DNA of 64,000 nt from Tubulanus polymorphus (lineage: Eukaryota > Animalia > Nemertea), in NCBI RefSeq assembly GCF_964204645.1, contig NC_134033.1:2810131-2874130 (forward strand). The letters run 5' to 3'. This document shows, piece after piece, positions 11,800 to 31,054 of the stretch (position 1 is the first letter of the stretch; the number at the start of each line of letters is the position of its first letter). Made by a program: the position numbers and the translations under genes. The notes beneath the pieces are model-generated. The model had not been told where the DNA came from, made no database searches, and saw nothing but the letters and a program-made list of their open reading frames with translations.

Positions 11800-14022
11800 T
11801 TGTTTCTTTTTTTGAATTATTTAAAGTACTTTTGCTTCAGAACTTCATTATGATCCATTATCATTCTTAAGATCAGTCTATAACAGTTATACTAATTTTA
11901 TTACAATACGGGATAAAGCAAAACAACAATATCTCCCATGACGGTTTATGCGATTTAGAGATTATCGTTCCTGAGTAGCAATTTTCTTCTTTTAAATAAT
12001 TGATATAAACACTTGCCTAGTTTTATAATGGTGGCAGGAGAGTTGGAAGATAATAAGTTAATAAATTTGAAGACAGATGGATGGTGAACATAATAGTTCG
12101 AAAGAAGATTGCTTCTCAGGGCACTGTAAGCATTGCAATACGTGGTACTCATCTTCTACTTGGTCAGTGTTACAAAGGCTACATATACGCTGTTCTCTGG
12201 GTGTGATGGGTCGGGCCCATCTTCCAGTTTCAACATGCGGGTTATGATTACTACACCTAAATTTACTTAAAATGTTAACCAAATGATGGTCGCTGATATC
12301 TAAATATCCCTCAGAGTTTTATTGTATATAGCCTAGTCTAGCCAAAAATTACCTAAACCTAGGCGGTTCAACAAATCTCGCATATCTGTTGCCCAGTTTT
12401 TTGCATTTGGAACATTATTCGAGTCCATTAGTAACAGATCGTAAGTTTTTCTCAAGCTTGTCCAGGCAGGGGAATCTAATATTTTTACCCAAAACTTACA
12501 AACAGAAATAGCAACGTCAACGCTAATGGGATACCTGCCCAGTTCTCCATAGCCATTACATTAGGAGTAGAACGTCTTAGTCTTAGCACATATTTACAAA
12601 ATTTAAGGTGTACAGATTCAATAGCCTCTAAGTTCTGGAATGCCCATACCGGAGAACTATACTTTAAGACTGATTTTACAAGTTTATCAAAAATATCCCC
12701 CTTTACTTTTGGGGTCAAGAGTCTTGCACTTAGCAAATACTTCTTCATTGCAAACATAGCATTTAATCCTTGATCAGCTAACGATTCTATTGAATGTCTG
12801 AGACAGCCATTACCCTGTGTAATCAATCCTAGATATTTAAACACAGATACCTCGTCAAGCTGATTACCATCGTAGACACACCTAAGTGGTTGAAATGCAG
12901 ACCTACGATAGCATACTTTCATGACTTTGGTTTTTTCAGTGTTAACTGATAGTTTCATTTTTGTACAATGGTTAAGTATATCTAGAGATCTCTGCAGCTC
13001 TGTGGGTGATTTAGCCACGATGGCAGTGTCATCAGCATAGAGCAAGAGGTATATTCTAAAGAATTCAAAATCTACACCAGTGTGACCGTTTTCAATAAAG
13101 AAATTTTCCATATCATTTATATAGAGATTAAAAAGAGCTGGTGAAATGCATTCCCCCTGTCTCACTCCAGTATCAGAGTTAAAAAACCCAGATAGGAAAC
13201 CATCACTTTTTACACAGGATCTATTACTAGCATACGTCGAGCGCAAAATATTATAATCTTTGCCTGTAATTCCCGATTGGATTAATTTCTTCCATAATAT
13301 CTCATGATTTAGAACATCGAAGGCCTTAGAGAAATCGATAAACGCAAAGCACACACCTTTCATTTTCGACTGAAGACAATGGTTAATTAAGGATGATATC
13401 ACAAACGATTGTTGCGTAGTACCGTTGTTTGGCCTAAAGCCAGCCTGACATTCGTTTATGATATGATATATGTTTCTGTCCACTGAATTGTACGAGTGTT
13501 AATAATGGTAGAAAAGACCTTTCCGAAACAGCTTAGCACAGTTATCCCTCTATAGTTATTGCGATCTGATACGGAGCCCTTTTTATAGATCGGAGTGATA
13601 CAACCCTCACACCAGTCGCTTGGGTACAAACCGGTTTCTAAAATGGCATTAGAATATATAGTCAGGGTAGGCGCCAAGGTATCAACTGCTGCTACAAACA
13701 TAGCACAAAGGAAGTATATCATCTAATCCAGGCGATTTTCCGCGTTTCAGTTTTTTTATTGCAAATTTCACTTCCTTTATCGTAACAGGAAAATCTAAAT
13801 CACGTGGCTCCTGCGACTTTAATTGGTCTTGATTATTAAGTTCGAGGTCGGGATCAATAGTAGCATTGTTCACGGATTCGCCCAGGCCGGCAAAATAAGT
13901 TTCGAATTCATTTAATGTCGGTTTATTACCCTTTCTTTCGTTTTTTTTTCCTGGGTGGATTTTAGAATACGCCAGAACGATTTTGCGTCGTTTCGCGCAA
14001 GTGCAATTCCGAGTTTCGAAGT
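11800..14022 (-). mobile_element. 5'-truncated, frameshifted non-LTR retrotransposon (LINE; RTE-X/L2-like) ORF2 relic
   Basis: Broken ORFs 13682-14020, 13456-13722, 12485-13483 and 12058-12282 carry RT motifs (KSPGLD, NYRGITVL, QAGFR, FIDFSKAFD, GVRQG, LLYADD, FKYLG) and the C-terminal ETGRW...CSLC...VEDEYH zinc knuckle. The 3' boundary is approximate. Confidence 0.9.
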
Positions 14023-14475
14023 AGAATATATGAAGTAGATATAATATCAGATATTCTCTAACAGTCCTCGTTAAAATGATAGTTCTATGCAGTAATTTAA
14101 ATCCTTTCAAAATCGAATTGAAAGAAAAATCAGTTTGCAACACAATTTATCAATCACATTTCCATTATTGAATTGTCACTCGAATTTTCACAGGAATCAA
14201 GCACGAATCTTAGAACTATTTGCAATTGATTATCACCTAAAATAAATTAAGATGATATCATCATAGGAAATATACAAAAAATTCAATTAATCAAATCTTA
14301 ATTGTCTGTAATATAAATAACATTTTCATTGTCTATAACTCGAATCGTCGCTGAAATTAAACACGAATCTTATCATAAAATAAATAAAATTAAGACGATA
14401 TCATCATAGTAAATATGCAATAAATTCAATTAATCAAATGTCCATTGTCTGTAACTCGAATTTCTTAGAACTATC

Positions 14476-14544
14476 GCAGCAGCAGCAGCAGCGGCGGCGG
14501 CGGCGGCGGCGGCAGCGGCAGCAGCAGCAGCAGCAGCAGCAGCA
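14476..14544. repeat. (GCA)n(GCG)n(GCA)n trinucleotide repeat
   Basis: Direct reading; degenerate homolog at ~48587-48620. Confidence 0.9.
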
Positions 14545-15709
14545 GGCACAGTTATTTTTATTTATTCAAATCATCAAGAGTAATAAATAGAGGCTGCTAT
14601 AACATATCTCTCAATTCTAAATAATGTTACGAATAAGTATTCAATGATTTCAAAGACCGATAACAATAACAGGACACAATATGAACTGAGTTTGTCATAA
14701 AATGCGGTTCAATGGACATGAGAACCACTGGCTGAATAATACCGGACTGACCCTGTTAATATTTCAACTTCAATATCGTAACTAATATATGAAGTAGAAA
14801 CAATATCAGATATTCTCTAACAGTCCTCGTTAAAATGATAGTTCTGTGCAGTAATTTAAATCCTTTCAAAATCGAATTAAAAGAAAATCAATTTGCAAAA
14901 CAATCAATCACATTTCCATTATTGAATTGTCACTCGAATTGTCACAGGAATCAAGCGCGAATCTTAGAACTATTTGCAATTGATTATTATAAAAGATAAA
15001 TTAAGATGATATCATCGGAAATTTGACCGTTCTAAACGGGTCCGGAAGGGGACAGATTTAGAACGGACGGAATCAGAGTGCGCGAGTCAGATTCTCGCCG
15101 GGGTTATTGTCACTGTTTCCTAACTAAAGATTCCTAACATTTCTGTTTCGATTCTACCGCTGTCATCCCCGTCTTACTTGGTTGCTATTGTTTCTTCAAA
15201 ACAATCTGTACCAAACAAGACCTTACTCACCACAATCAGATATCCACGCGCTTCACTTAGCTTCAACTCAGTTATTATATTGACTGTAGAGCGAATTTAG
15301 TCCAAACAGATATTGACAAAGTGTTTTACAGAGACGCAGAATATTTTGAGGTATAGATAGAAAATGTCATAGAATATTATCACAAACTGAACGCAGATCG
15401 GGAGAGATAGTAAATGATTTTAGAGAAATAATTGCACATGATTATAAACACGATATATTGAAACATGTTTAAATTTAGAAACCGCGGTAATTACAGCGAA
15501 ACCGAGAACAGATGAAAGTTTCACAAATACGAGACTGGCGCCAGTTTGATGGGAGATCTTTTTATAAAATAATTGGACTCTGGATCAATTCGTCAACTTC
15601 TGGTATTTGCGAATTCGTCATTACTTTGCAGCGACTCTTATGAGAAATATCGCGCAAACTTGGAAATAGTCAGAAATGTGTTTGTTTTGAAGCGTGAATT
15701 GTGTTCAAT

Positions 15710-18700
15710 ATGCAGCGAATGAAAGCGTTGTTCGTAGTTTTACTGATCGCTTGCGGAGACTGTATATTTATGCGGGCTGATCGCGCAAACTCTGTCGAGG
15801 AAGCCGCGTCTGTTACAGTCAGTTCATCTTGTAACAACACTCAATACTCCGTCGATTCTACGTCTGGTTACATCGTTTCACCGAACTATCCGTCGTTAGT
15901 GCGCGGTGTTGAATGTCGTTGGTTCGTCAACAGCTCTTTACCGGGAAGTTTTCTCGTTCAAGTTTACTACGACATCGAGCCGTCGATATTCTGTAACGAA
16001 AACTACCTTCTCGTCGGCGAGTCCGACAACAAATTCTGCGCTACCGGAAGAAAACAACTAGATATCGGCAGTAACGATTTGATTTCGTTGTTGTTTAGGA
16101 GTAACGTCGATGGAGCGCGAGGTAGTCGGGTTTATATCATATATCGTTTTGAGGAACAGAGTCGCTTGAAAATCTTACATACATGTTACAAACATGCAGT
16201 AAAAGAATTACCAACTCAAACAGGTTATAAATTCATGATTTCTACCATCCGATGTAAATTGTTGTTAGAATGGATCGGGATGTCAGACGGGTTTGCAATG
16301 AATTTAACGTTTATACAGATAGATTTCAGATTATATCCAGGTGAGGATCCGATGAAAACTCGTTCTCAAATTTACGACGGATGGAACAGCACCAGTGAAC
16401 CTATAGGTCTTATACGAGAACAAACCGGACATCCACCTTCATCGTTTTATACTAAAACTAATAAAGCACGTATTGAAATTATTTCAAATAGAAACCCACT
16501 TTTTAAGTCGCAGTTACTCGTGCAAGTTTACAAATTATCAGATTGGAACATCTCTAACCCGTTAATTCAAGTCTATAATAAATCAGGACTGCTCGCTACA
16601 ATTGATGGAATACCACATATAGTAACTCAGTCTAAACACTTATACTGCTGGTCTATCACAGTCGATGTTCTGCAGTATGTCGTCTTCAACTGGACACGTG
16701 ATCTCGTCTCGTCACCAGGTGTCGTTGGTGTATATACACGGGAAGGGTTACGTATTGTGAGAACTGATATTTTGCTCAGTTTTAACCATCTTAAATCTCT
16801 GAGTGTAAAATCAGACGGATTTCTTGTGATTCTGTGCGTTTTAACGACATCGGATTTTTTAAGATCGAATTTGAAAATAGAATTTGAAGTGAAATCAATG
16901 ACAATATTAGACGTCTACGTCAACAAACCAAGGATATGGGTAAGTTTATTACAGTGATTTGTAAATTAGGTTCGTGTAATAGAATCATTGTAAAAGTCTC
17001 TGATTTTGATGGCAATTTTGACCAGTGAAACTTTACCGAGAAACTTGGAATAACAATGTTATGTGTGACCCAAATTTCAATATATTCGGACGAACTTGTT
17101 GTTTACGCAGAGTAATTACGATGATTTGTGGAAGAATTTAAGTTAAGATTTGATTGCAACATTTTGAACTATTATCAAAATATCGAGGTCGTACAGAGTT
17201 TGGAATCGTTGAATTGTAAACGTTCAATGTTGTAATCGATTCTCTTATATTTCAGATTTCTAATCTTGTGATCTCAATATCAGCTAATGATTTGTTCCCG
17301 AGATCAAAGAATACATTGTATCGTGGAACTACATTACAACTAAACTGGAAAGTGAACATCTATGAAGAACAGTTGAAACTAACAGTGCTATCAGAAAACT
17401 GTGATCGAGCTGGTTTTTATATATTTGATGGTAGTAATTTTACAGCTAGACGCTATGGTCCGTATTGTCCTGGTTCATACTACGGTCGATCTGTCGTCAG
17501 CCTGATTACATCAGGTGGACCGGTTACTGTAGTAGCATACGCTTATTACTATAACGATCAGTTAACAGTTGGTAGCTCATATCTTACATTTGCTCCTACT
17601 GATTGTGACGGTTATGTTCTACAGGAAGAAGAACGTCAGATCAATATGACGTCACACTGTCTCGTGATTACACCTGAAAATCGACGCCTTCGCTTGAAAA
17701 ATATTCACATATTATCAGAACACGAATATCAAACTGATAAATGTTTTCTCAAGGTGACATTATTATGTGAACAGTTTCTGAGATTAAGTAATCGGTTTCT
17801 TAATAACAGTCTCGTAAAAAACACTGTAAATTCCACAGGTGGGTTTGTATTCTGGCAAGAACCACTAATAGTTAAACTACGTCGTGAATGTCTAGGAGTG
17901 AAAAAAGCGGATAGTTCTGGATATCTTGGATCCCGTCTTCCAGTTACTACTAAAGATAAATGTGGACTCGTGCAGTCACCGAACTACCCGGGTTGGGCAG
18001 GAAGTACATCAAAATCTATTTCCTATAAATTTGAAAACCCGATAAAACAAAAAATATTTCAATATTACAGATTCATTGTCAAATCTATTGGATCAGTTTC
18101 ATGCGAAACAAACAGCAGGGTTGAGAATGATCCGATCATTTTGATACAATCAATAAATTACGACCTCTTTCTAAATGGAAAACTGATCAAAATTATTATT
18201 ACCCAACACGAAACTAAAATATGTCAAAATAACGCGGTTCGTGGACTTATATTTTATAGTTTAACAGATAATATTCTACGTTTTGAAGTAAACAATGGAA
18301 TTCCGACATTTCAAATACAATACACTTTACACGAGTCGTTACCGATTAAACATTTCGATGATTTCTACTGTAAACAAGAATTTCAGGATTCCGGAATTTC
18401 CTGCGTCAAATTCATCAGAGATGAACGTCTGAATTGGGAGAACGCTGAAATATACTGTAGACAGAAGTACGCGGGACATCTACTCAGTGTCAACTCAGAA
18501 CAGGAAATGATTTCGATCAAAAGATTATTCGCTACAGAACTTCTCCGAATGGCGTACACATTAAAAGCGCTCATAATGATGATTGGATTGAAATGGCAGG
18601 TAAGACTAATGTATTCAAATATGAATTAGAAAAGAAAGGTTTTTAAAGAGAATGATATATATTTCATTTTCTTCACGAAACAGAATGATGGTTATTACAC

Positions 18701-21700
18701 GTGGACTGACGGTAAACCATTAAGCTACGCAGAGTGGTATAAACCTGTTATTAATGAAACGATACCAGAAGTTATTCGAGGATTGATATCTCCGCTAAGA
18801 AAACAACCGATTAATGACGTCAATATGCCGTGTACGGCGATGATACTGAATAATCCACGAGGATCAGCGAACTGGGTTCGATTCCCGTGTCAAATCGAGG
18901 AGACGCACACGACATTCATTTGTGAATCTGAGAGAATCGACATCAAAAACAAACATAATTCAACGATAAACGACGCGAACAATTCAACAAATACAGGCTT
19001 AAATAAAACCAAAGATCAAATGATTCCCGATGTTACTTTAATTAATTCAACCTGTCCAAGAGGTTGGGTAACTATTACCGGACAATGTTATCACATACTA
19101 ACCGACTGGAAAAACAATCGAGGTTTGAATATTCGGATTGCTAGAGAAATGTGTAACAGCATCCGCACCGAAATAGTAAGAATCAACTTAAATATAGAAA
19201 GTGATATGAAAAATTTGATCAACAAATTTCAATATCGCCATCAATATGGCGCTATACTGACAATGGATCGCGGCGGATTTAAAGTTATCAAACCACTGGT
19301 GACCAGAGATGAAATTACTTATATTCAGTCAGTTAAATGGTTATTGAAACCTTTCGATAATACAAAAGATAAAGTGCATTCCGTGTTGTGTACCTATAAT
19401 GTAACTGGTAAAGAGTTAGCTTCTATAAGCGGTTGTAAATCGTGGCAGTTTGAATGTAACGATCGAAGATGTATCAGCGACCATCGCGTATGTGATACCA
19501 GACACGACTGTCAACACGGTGAAGATGAACTCAATTGTACGGATATCAATTTACACAGTCAGTTCCGCTGTAACGATGGACAGGTTATATCGATTAGCGG
19601 TTTCTGTGACTTTATGAGAGATTGCGTCGATGGCTCGGATGAGAACTCGTGCTATCATCCACCGTGTTTATCTACGCAATATCGCTGTTCCAATGACCAA
19701 TGCATCGATAGTTATAAACGATGTGACGGACTAGCCGACTGTAAAGACGGTTCCGATGAGATCGGATGCACTGCCGAACTTTGTCAGGGATTCTCGTGCG
19801 CGGACGGTGAATGTATTAGTTCTCAGTTGTATCGGGATGGTGTCGTTGATTGTAGCGGAAGTCTCGAAGAAGACGAATTGGTCAATAATATGACATTGAA
19901 TCCCGAGGTTTACTGTAATAATGACAATCACTGTACGACTCGTTTCACAGATCTGTGTAAACAATCGGGTGAACAAAGATGTTCGTTCAATTCTCCTCGC
20001 TGTTATTCCCGACACGAAAGGTGTATTTTAGAAAGGATGCCGATTGGTTTCCCGGTATGTCGAAATCTTGAACACATACTCGCGTGTAATGACTTCCAAT
20101 GCGCGGCTGGTACTGTAAAATGTCCGGCATCTTACTGTATACCGATCAGACACGTTTGTGACGGTCGATCCGATTGTCCTAATTCAGAAGATGAACGAAA
20201 CTGCGAGACTTGGTCGTGTCCGGGAATGTTTAAATGCGGCCAGGAAAATCGATGTTTTCCGCAATCTGAAGTTTGCGACGGTTTCGTAAATTGTAAACAT
20301 AACTCGGATGACGAGACATACTGTAACGTCACGTGTCCTGAACGTTGTAATTGTCGGGGCCATTTAATCGATTGTGAAGATGCTCTTTTATCAGATATTA
20401 CTGGTCAATTTATAGAATCAACTCGGGTTTTGATTTTGTCGAATAACCGAGTTGTATTTAACGAGTCGACGTTCAACTCTTTCATTTATCTTCGTTTTCT
20501 CGATATTTCGGCCAATAATTTGTCTTACATCGTTCCCAACGCGTTTTCTAATCTAAACAATGTACACACATTAGACCTGACTCACAACCGCATAACATCA
20601 TTATCTGCTAATACATTCGCAGGTTTGATCAGTTTAGAACAACTATTTCTTATCGGAAATCCGCTGCAACATTTAGAAGACGGTAGTTTCCGAGGTCTGA
20701 TGTCACTGACTGTTCTCGATCTTCACGGACTTTCTATATCGGTTCTCGGTGGAAATGTATTTAAAGGTTTATCCGCATTACAGTCGTTAAATATCAGCAG
20801 TAACAGAATACATTATATTTCTAGCTATGCTTTTTCTGGATTGGTTCGACTTGAAATTTTAGACCTTGTCAACAATTATGAAGTAATATCCGTACAAAGA
20901 AACGTTCTTGGCGATCTTACATCATTGAAATACCTCGCTTCGGATGCTTACAAATTTTGCTGCATGGCGCCGAATGTTGACCGATGTCTTCCCGAAGCTG
21001 ATCAATTTTCGACCTGCTCTGACCTGATGGGTAACGCTGTGCTGAGAGCCATTATCTGGATGATCGCATCTTTCAGTTTTCTCGCTAACAGTATCGTTAT
21101 CTTATTTCGCGTTCAAGCTTTGCGGATGGAATCCTCTGGAACACGAAACACATCTTCAGATATCTTCATCATAAATATTGCCGGTTGTGATTTTCTGATG
21201 TCGGTCTATTTGTTTTTGATCGCGGGAGCTGACTACGTGTTCAAAGGCGTTTATTTTCTGTATTCTGAAACCTGGACGGATAGCTCATTATGTCGTCTCG
21301 CCGGGGTTATTGTCACCGTTTCGTGCGAAGGTTCCTTAACTTTTCTCTTAATTCTAACGCGTCAGAGATATTCAAATATCGTCAACCCGTTTTCTAGAAG
21401 TCCGATTATAACTCCGAAATACGTTATCGGTATTTGCTGCATTTGTTGGCTCGTTATAAGCACAGTTTCTATTCTACCGCTGTCATCGTCGTCTTACTTC
21501 GGAGATAATTTTTACGGTACAACCGGAGTTTGTTTGCCTATGAATTTACTGACGATCGACGTCAATGGCTGGCACTATTCATTCGCTATTTTTGCCTTGT
21601 TTAATGCGGCCATATTGGCTACGATAATGACGACGTACGCTCAGATGTATAGACTCGTATCTGGAAGTAGGTTGGGCTCGGGTAGAGCCGATCCTACCGA

Positions 21701-21938
21701 ACTGGTTTTAGCTCGAAGGAGTTTAGTAATCAATCTTTGTAATCTATTTTGTTGGCTACCGATAATAATCGTTCAGTTTATCGCCGTATTTTCGGTCGAG
21801 ATACCGAACCAGGTGGCCGCTTGGCTGGCCGTTCTATTTTTACCGATCAACTCGTCTCTGAATCCGCTTCTTTATACAATACTAACTATCGATATGAAAT
21901 CAATTAGAACGAGATATAAACGTCAACAAAAGAAGTAG
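15710..21938 (+). CDS. GRL101: GRL101-like CUB-CTL-LDLa-LRR-7TM receptor, copy 2 (~1,942 aa, tail RTRYKRQQKK)
   Basis: Exons 15710-16939, 17256-18599 and 18684-21938, all phase 0 with GT-AG. Signal peptide MKALFVVLLIACG; CUB motifs SGYIVSPNYP...ECRW and CGLVQSPNYPG; CTL (WENAEIYC...GHLLSVNS...IGL...WTDG...FICE); LDLa (DCxDGSDE); LRRs; hinge FCC; NPLLY. Confidence 0.9.
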
Positions 21939-23257
21939 ATTACGAACACTTCAGTAGCAATAAAGGAGCTTTTAAACGAATCGTTTTAGTGTTCATGGTC
22001 GCGCACCAAGCTCTAGTAATGAATCTAAAGAACAAAGGACAGATATTAACGACGACCTTTGGGCCCATGGTCTATTCAGTTTTTATATCACTACTTTATC
22101 TAAACAATTCACATGAAACAGTGTTTTTTTCGTAGCTATTAGATTAATTGTAGATCGTTTGTTAAATGCAATAGTATTTACTTAAGGTGTGGATTTAAGG
22201 TGCTCGGTGAGCTCTTTACTGACCACTGCAATTGAAATAGACGATTACATAATTGACGACTTATTAATTTATAAATATATTCACTGATGTAGTGTGAGCG
22301 TGTGTGTAAGAGTGATTGGTTTGATTTTTCTTTTCGCAATATGTGATTTAAACAGAATAGTAGATTTATTTCTCTCACAATTTAATCATGTTAACCCCTT
22401 TATCAGATTTAATTTCGAAAGTTGACTATATTGCTCGCTATACAGGTATATAGTTTATGATTATTTGTCCTTGTTTAATTCCGGTCACGATACAGTTGGA
22501 TTGACAGATACTTTCGTTGATCACGCTTAATCAGTTATCAGAAAAGAACACTAACTCTCCATCTATCCACTTATTCTGGAAAATGAACAATTTGAAATTT
22601 TTTTTTTAATGGCTCACAGAATTGTCGAAACGTCTCTTTTCTTACTATAGGTGGGTTTATCAACTAACAGTTTGCAGAGTTAGCCAATAGATAATGCTTT
22701 GGTACGATCATCTGGAAATGACAAAAATCGCTTTTCGATATCAACCACTTTTGTGGGTAGGTGCCGAATGGATGCCCCATCTTAAGTTTTATGTAGGACC
22801 CAGTTTCGTTAACTGAATATTTTGTTTTAAATCGCTTTCAATGCGGAAAAAAAATTCAAACTCAACCGCGATTTAAAGTTAGAACTTTTTCATAAATCTC
22901 TTGCCGTTTTCGTATAAGCAAGTAAATTCCTTTAGGTAAGCGATGTTGTTATTTAGCCATATGAACTGTTCAAACCTGTCTGTTTTACGGTACCGAGTAT
23001 CCATTGTATTCCGTACGCTTAATGCGGGTATCAGTTTGTATCCATGGAACCACATCGCTTCAAGCGATCACTATTGAAAGGCTGCTGATTGAATGTATCT
23101 AACGTCTGGTGCAGTTCATATTTTCCGGGGTGACCTCTGGTTCGAAAATATATAAAAGTTTAAATTTTAGAAATATAACAGAATCAAAGTTCATTTAATT
23201 CTTACTTTCATTTGTTCATAGTTTTGATGATTGCAAAAAGCCTCTGCATCTGCCGTT

Positions 23258-23317
23258 GCCTGCCCCTGCCCCTGCCCCTGCCCCCTGCCCCTGCCCCTGC
23301 CTCTGCCTCTGCCTTTC

Positions 23318-23348
<31 letters not shown>

Positions 23349-23387
23349 CTCTGCCTCTGCCTCTGCCTCTGCCTCTGCCTCTGCCTC
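23258..23387. repeat. (GCCCCT)/(GCCTCT)n hexamer microsatellite
   Basis: Direct reading. Confidence 0.95.
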
Positions 23388-24271
23388 TTCCTTTCCCTCT
23401 CCAATAACAAATATCACAGCCAGTGATAAACATCACGGTTAGATACATCGTTTCATAGCGATGTATAAATATTTTACCACATATTATACGAACGCACCAG
23501 CGAGCCGGCGATCATATCAGCGGATAAATCACTCGTAATAAATGCAAATAAAACCGCGGTGATGAGTTATAAAAACACGTTTTAAACGAATCTGTATCGA
23601 TACAACACCTCTCCACACATCAGCTCGTATGTACGTACCAGTGCGCGACGTACTTGAACAGTCATTTTAATCGCGTTTTTCATCAGTGACTGTTTGTCAC
23701 ACAGTTCTGTGATCTAGCTACCAGTTGTACTTTATCATCGCTAGGATTTCGTCAACTTCGGGAGCCGGTCGAACCCAGTTCCATAGTTGCCGTTACAATT
23801 TGATTATGTTGAATTTATGAATGTTAAAAAAACAACTTAATCTCGATCGTATATGATACAAAAAAACTAAACATTTCTATGGCGACTACATTGGAAACTG
23901 GATAATGACGAGTGATTCATATATTGAAAACTGGTCGGGATCTCGGAGGGAAAAATTGACAACTGATTTTGAATTTATTGCGAAACAATCGGAAGAAACT
24001 TAACAGTGACGTGCTAAAACTGATTGTGACATTACAGATATCATCGTTGGACAACGATTGTGAAAAATGAAATCTGATTGTAAGTTCTAAATCGATGGAA
24101 AATTGAATTTGAATTTCTTTAGAAATTGACACATTGAAAACTGATTGTGACTTTCTTGCCAAATCATCGAAAACTAATCGTGATTTGGAAGCGAAATCAT
24201 TCTAAGCTGATTGTCACTTCGCGATCAAGTTGACTGGAGCGAACTTTTCAGGAGAATTTATCCGCGAATAA

Positions 24272-29113
<4,842 letters not shown>

Positions 29114-31054
29114 ACGACTCGTCGAGGAACCGGTGACAAACACTAGATGGCGCGACTAACAGTCGGTTTTGCGACATTCCGAATATAAAAAAATTTGAAA
29201 TGTTTTATATATATAGATCTGGGGTAGAGATAATTAATTAATTAATCTAGATAATTAAAAATCCATAGCAGCAAAAACAGTACAAATCTCATTTCTTATT
29301 TATTATAGCGAACGTTTTCGGGAGTTACATCATCCCCTCTTCATGCATAGCGCAAATGATTAAATTTACATATCATACTGGTATTTATATAGAATAAGAC
29401 GAAGCTAATTACTAACGATTTCAAATTACTGAGTGACAAGAATATCATAATATCGTCAAACATCGTCTGCGTTTCCGGTGTCGCTGTGAGCACGTGATCT
29501 AAAACGAATCGGGTCAATGTCGTACGCGCGACAATAGAGTTTACTCTTATCTGGAGACAAACAAATAAACAACGGTTCAACAATGAAGAATGTTTGTCAG
29601 ATACTCGGAGTCCCTGTTCATATACCTTAACCGGTGGGCCCAAAAGCTGTCCCAATAGTTTACGTACCCCGTGCGGTCCAAATTGTACCGCCCCAAGTCG
29701 CGTCATCGCGTCAAAAGTCGCTTAACTGATTATACAGGAATCGACCTTCAAGTCGAACCCACGAATCGAACCGATACTGGACATATTGACAATATAAGCG
29801 GCAACTTAACGATCGATCAAATTCTTAGCCACGACCTTCAAACTACAAGAAACAGAAATTACGAACGTTGATGTAAATACGTGAGAAGTGTTGTTTGTTG
29901 ACTGTTTAAATATGCGAGAAGTGTTGAATCACGTGACTGTTCAAATATGTGAGAAGTAAGTTTTTGATCACGTGTTTTGATCATAAAATAGGGATTGTCC
30001 ACGTTATATATTTGTTTGGCTGGTAAATTTCGTTTGATGTTTCGAATGAGTGTCGTTAACAGACCCACCACACCTGCCGGGAGCGAAACAGGGGGTTTGA
30101 TTTTAAAATCGAAAATCGAAGTACAGATATAGTTGTGTGATCGGCGATCGAGTTCAAAGATTTTGTTTTGTTCAAATCGAAGTACAGTATTGGTAATTGG
30201 TTACCTGAGTTACGTTAATCACTGATTTTACGTTCACGTTTCATCGTGCTAGGAATGATAAAATTAGAGGATATTTAATCTAATTACCTCATACAAACAT
30301 TGAAACATTATTGATGAAATATAGATTAAGTAATGTACAAGAATTTCTAAATTAAGCTAAAAGAAAAAAAAAATTTTCAAATGTAATCTTTGGATCGAAA
30401 TTAATACGATTGGATCAGTTAGCGATATACATGTATGTACGTACTTTTCTGAGACGGGCTCTCTTAAGAAAATGCACGTACTAAGAGGAATCAAAAATCA
30501 TGTTATACAATTACAGAATCCTAATGTCATCGTCGCTATTGAATTCTAGCATTAAACGTCCGAGATTTCCGTTCTGGTGGGTACATGAGAGCTCATATTT
30601 GAATAATTTTTCTGTTGATGATACAATGCCATTGAGGTTATCTCTGGTCTAAGAACGGATCCAGATGTTTCACCACCTAAGGGCGGATAGGTTAACTGGA
30701 TAGTCACCTACATCATGGCCAAATATGGAGGATCTGGGGGCACTCCCAAGAAAATTCTGAATGTCAAGGCCCTGAGATGCGATCTTTGAGTACATTCGGG
30801 TCATTTTCAATTAATGGTAGGTCAACAATTTGAAAAATAACCTCATACAATTCGTCGATTGATGGGAATAGGCTTCAAAATGAACGTATGGTTGGTCAAT
30901 AAAGTAAGTACACCTCTAGATTCGGGATTAATGCCATAAGGGGGGTGTGCTCACGACCGACGAGAAAGCCGGGTATTCAGCTAGTATGTATATAAAAGTG
31001 GAAAAGCACCATGGGACCGGTCTTACAGCATATTCGAATCACAAAAATAATTCA

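Noticed and set aside
13682-14143. 153-aa ORF as a gene
   Set aside because: Chimera of the 235-bp repeat read into the truncated LINE ORF2
22735-23110. Possible Penelope-like RT relic on the minus strand
   Set aside because: Only a vague resemblance (DGASI...) across stops and frameshifts; needs a profile search
23191-23448. RG/EA/RQ/AS-repeat ORFs and the YI-repeat ORFs at 4352, 27788, 27804 and 32138-32580
   Set aside because: Translations of microsatellites
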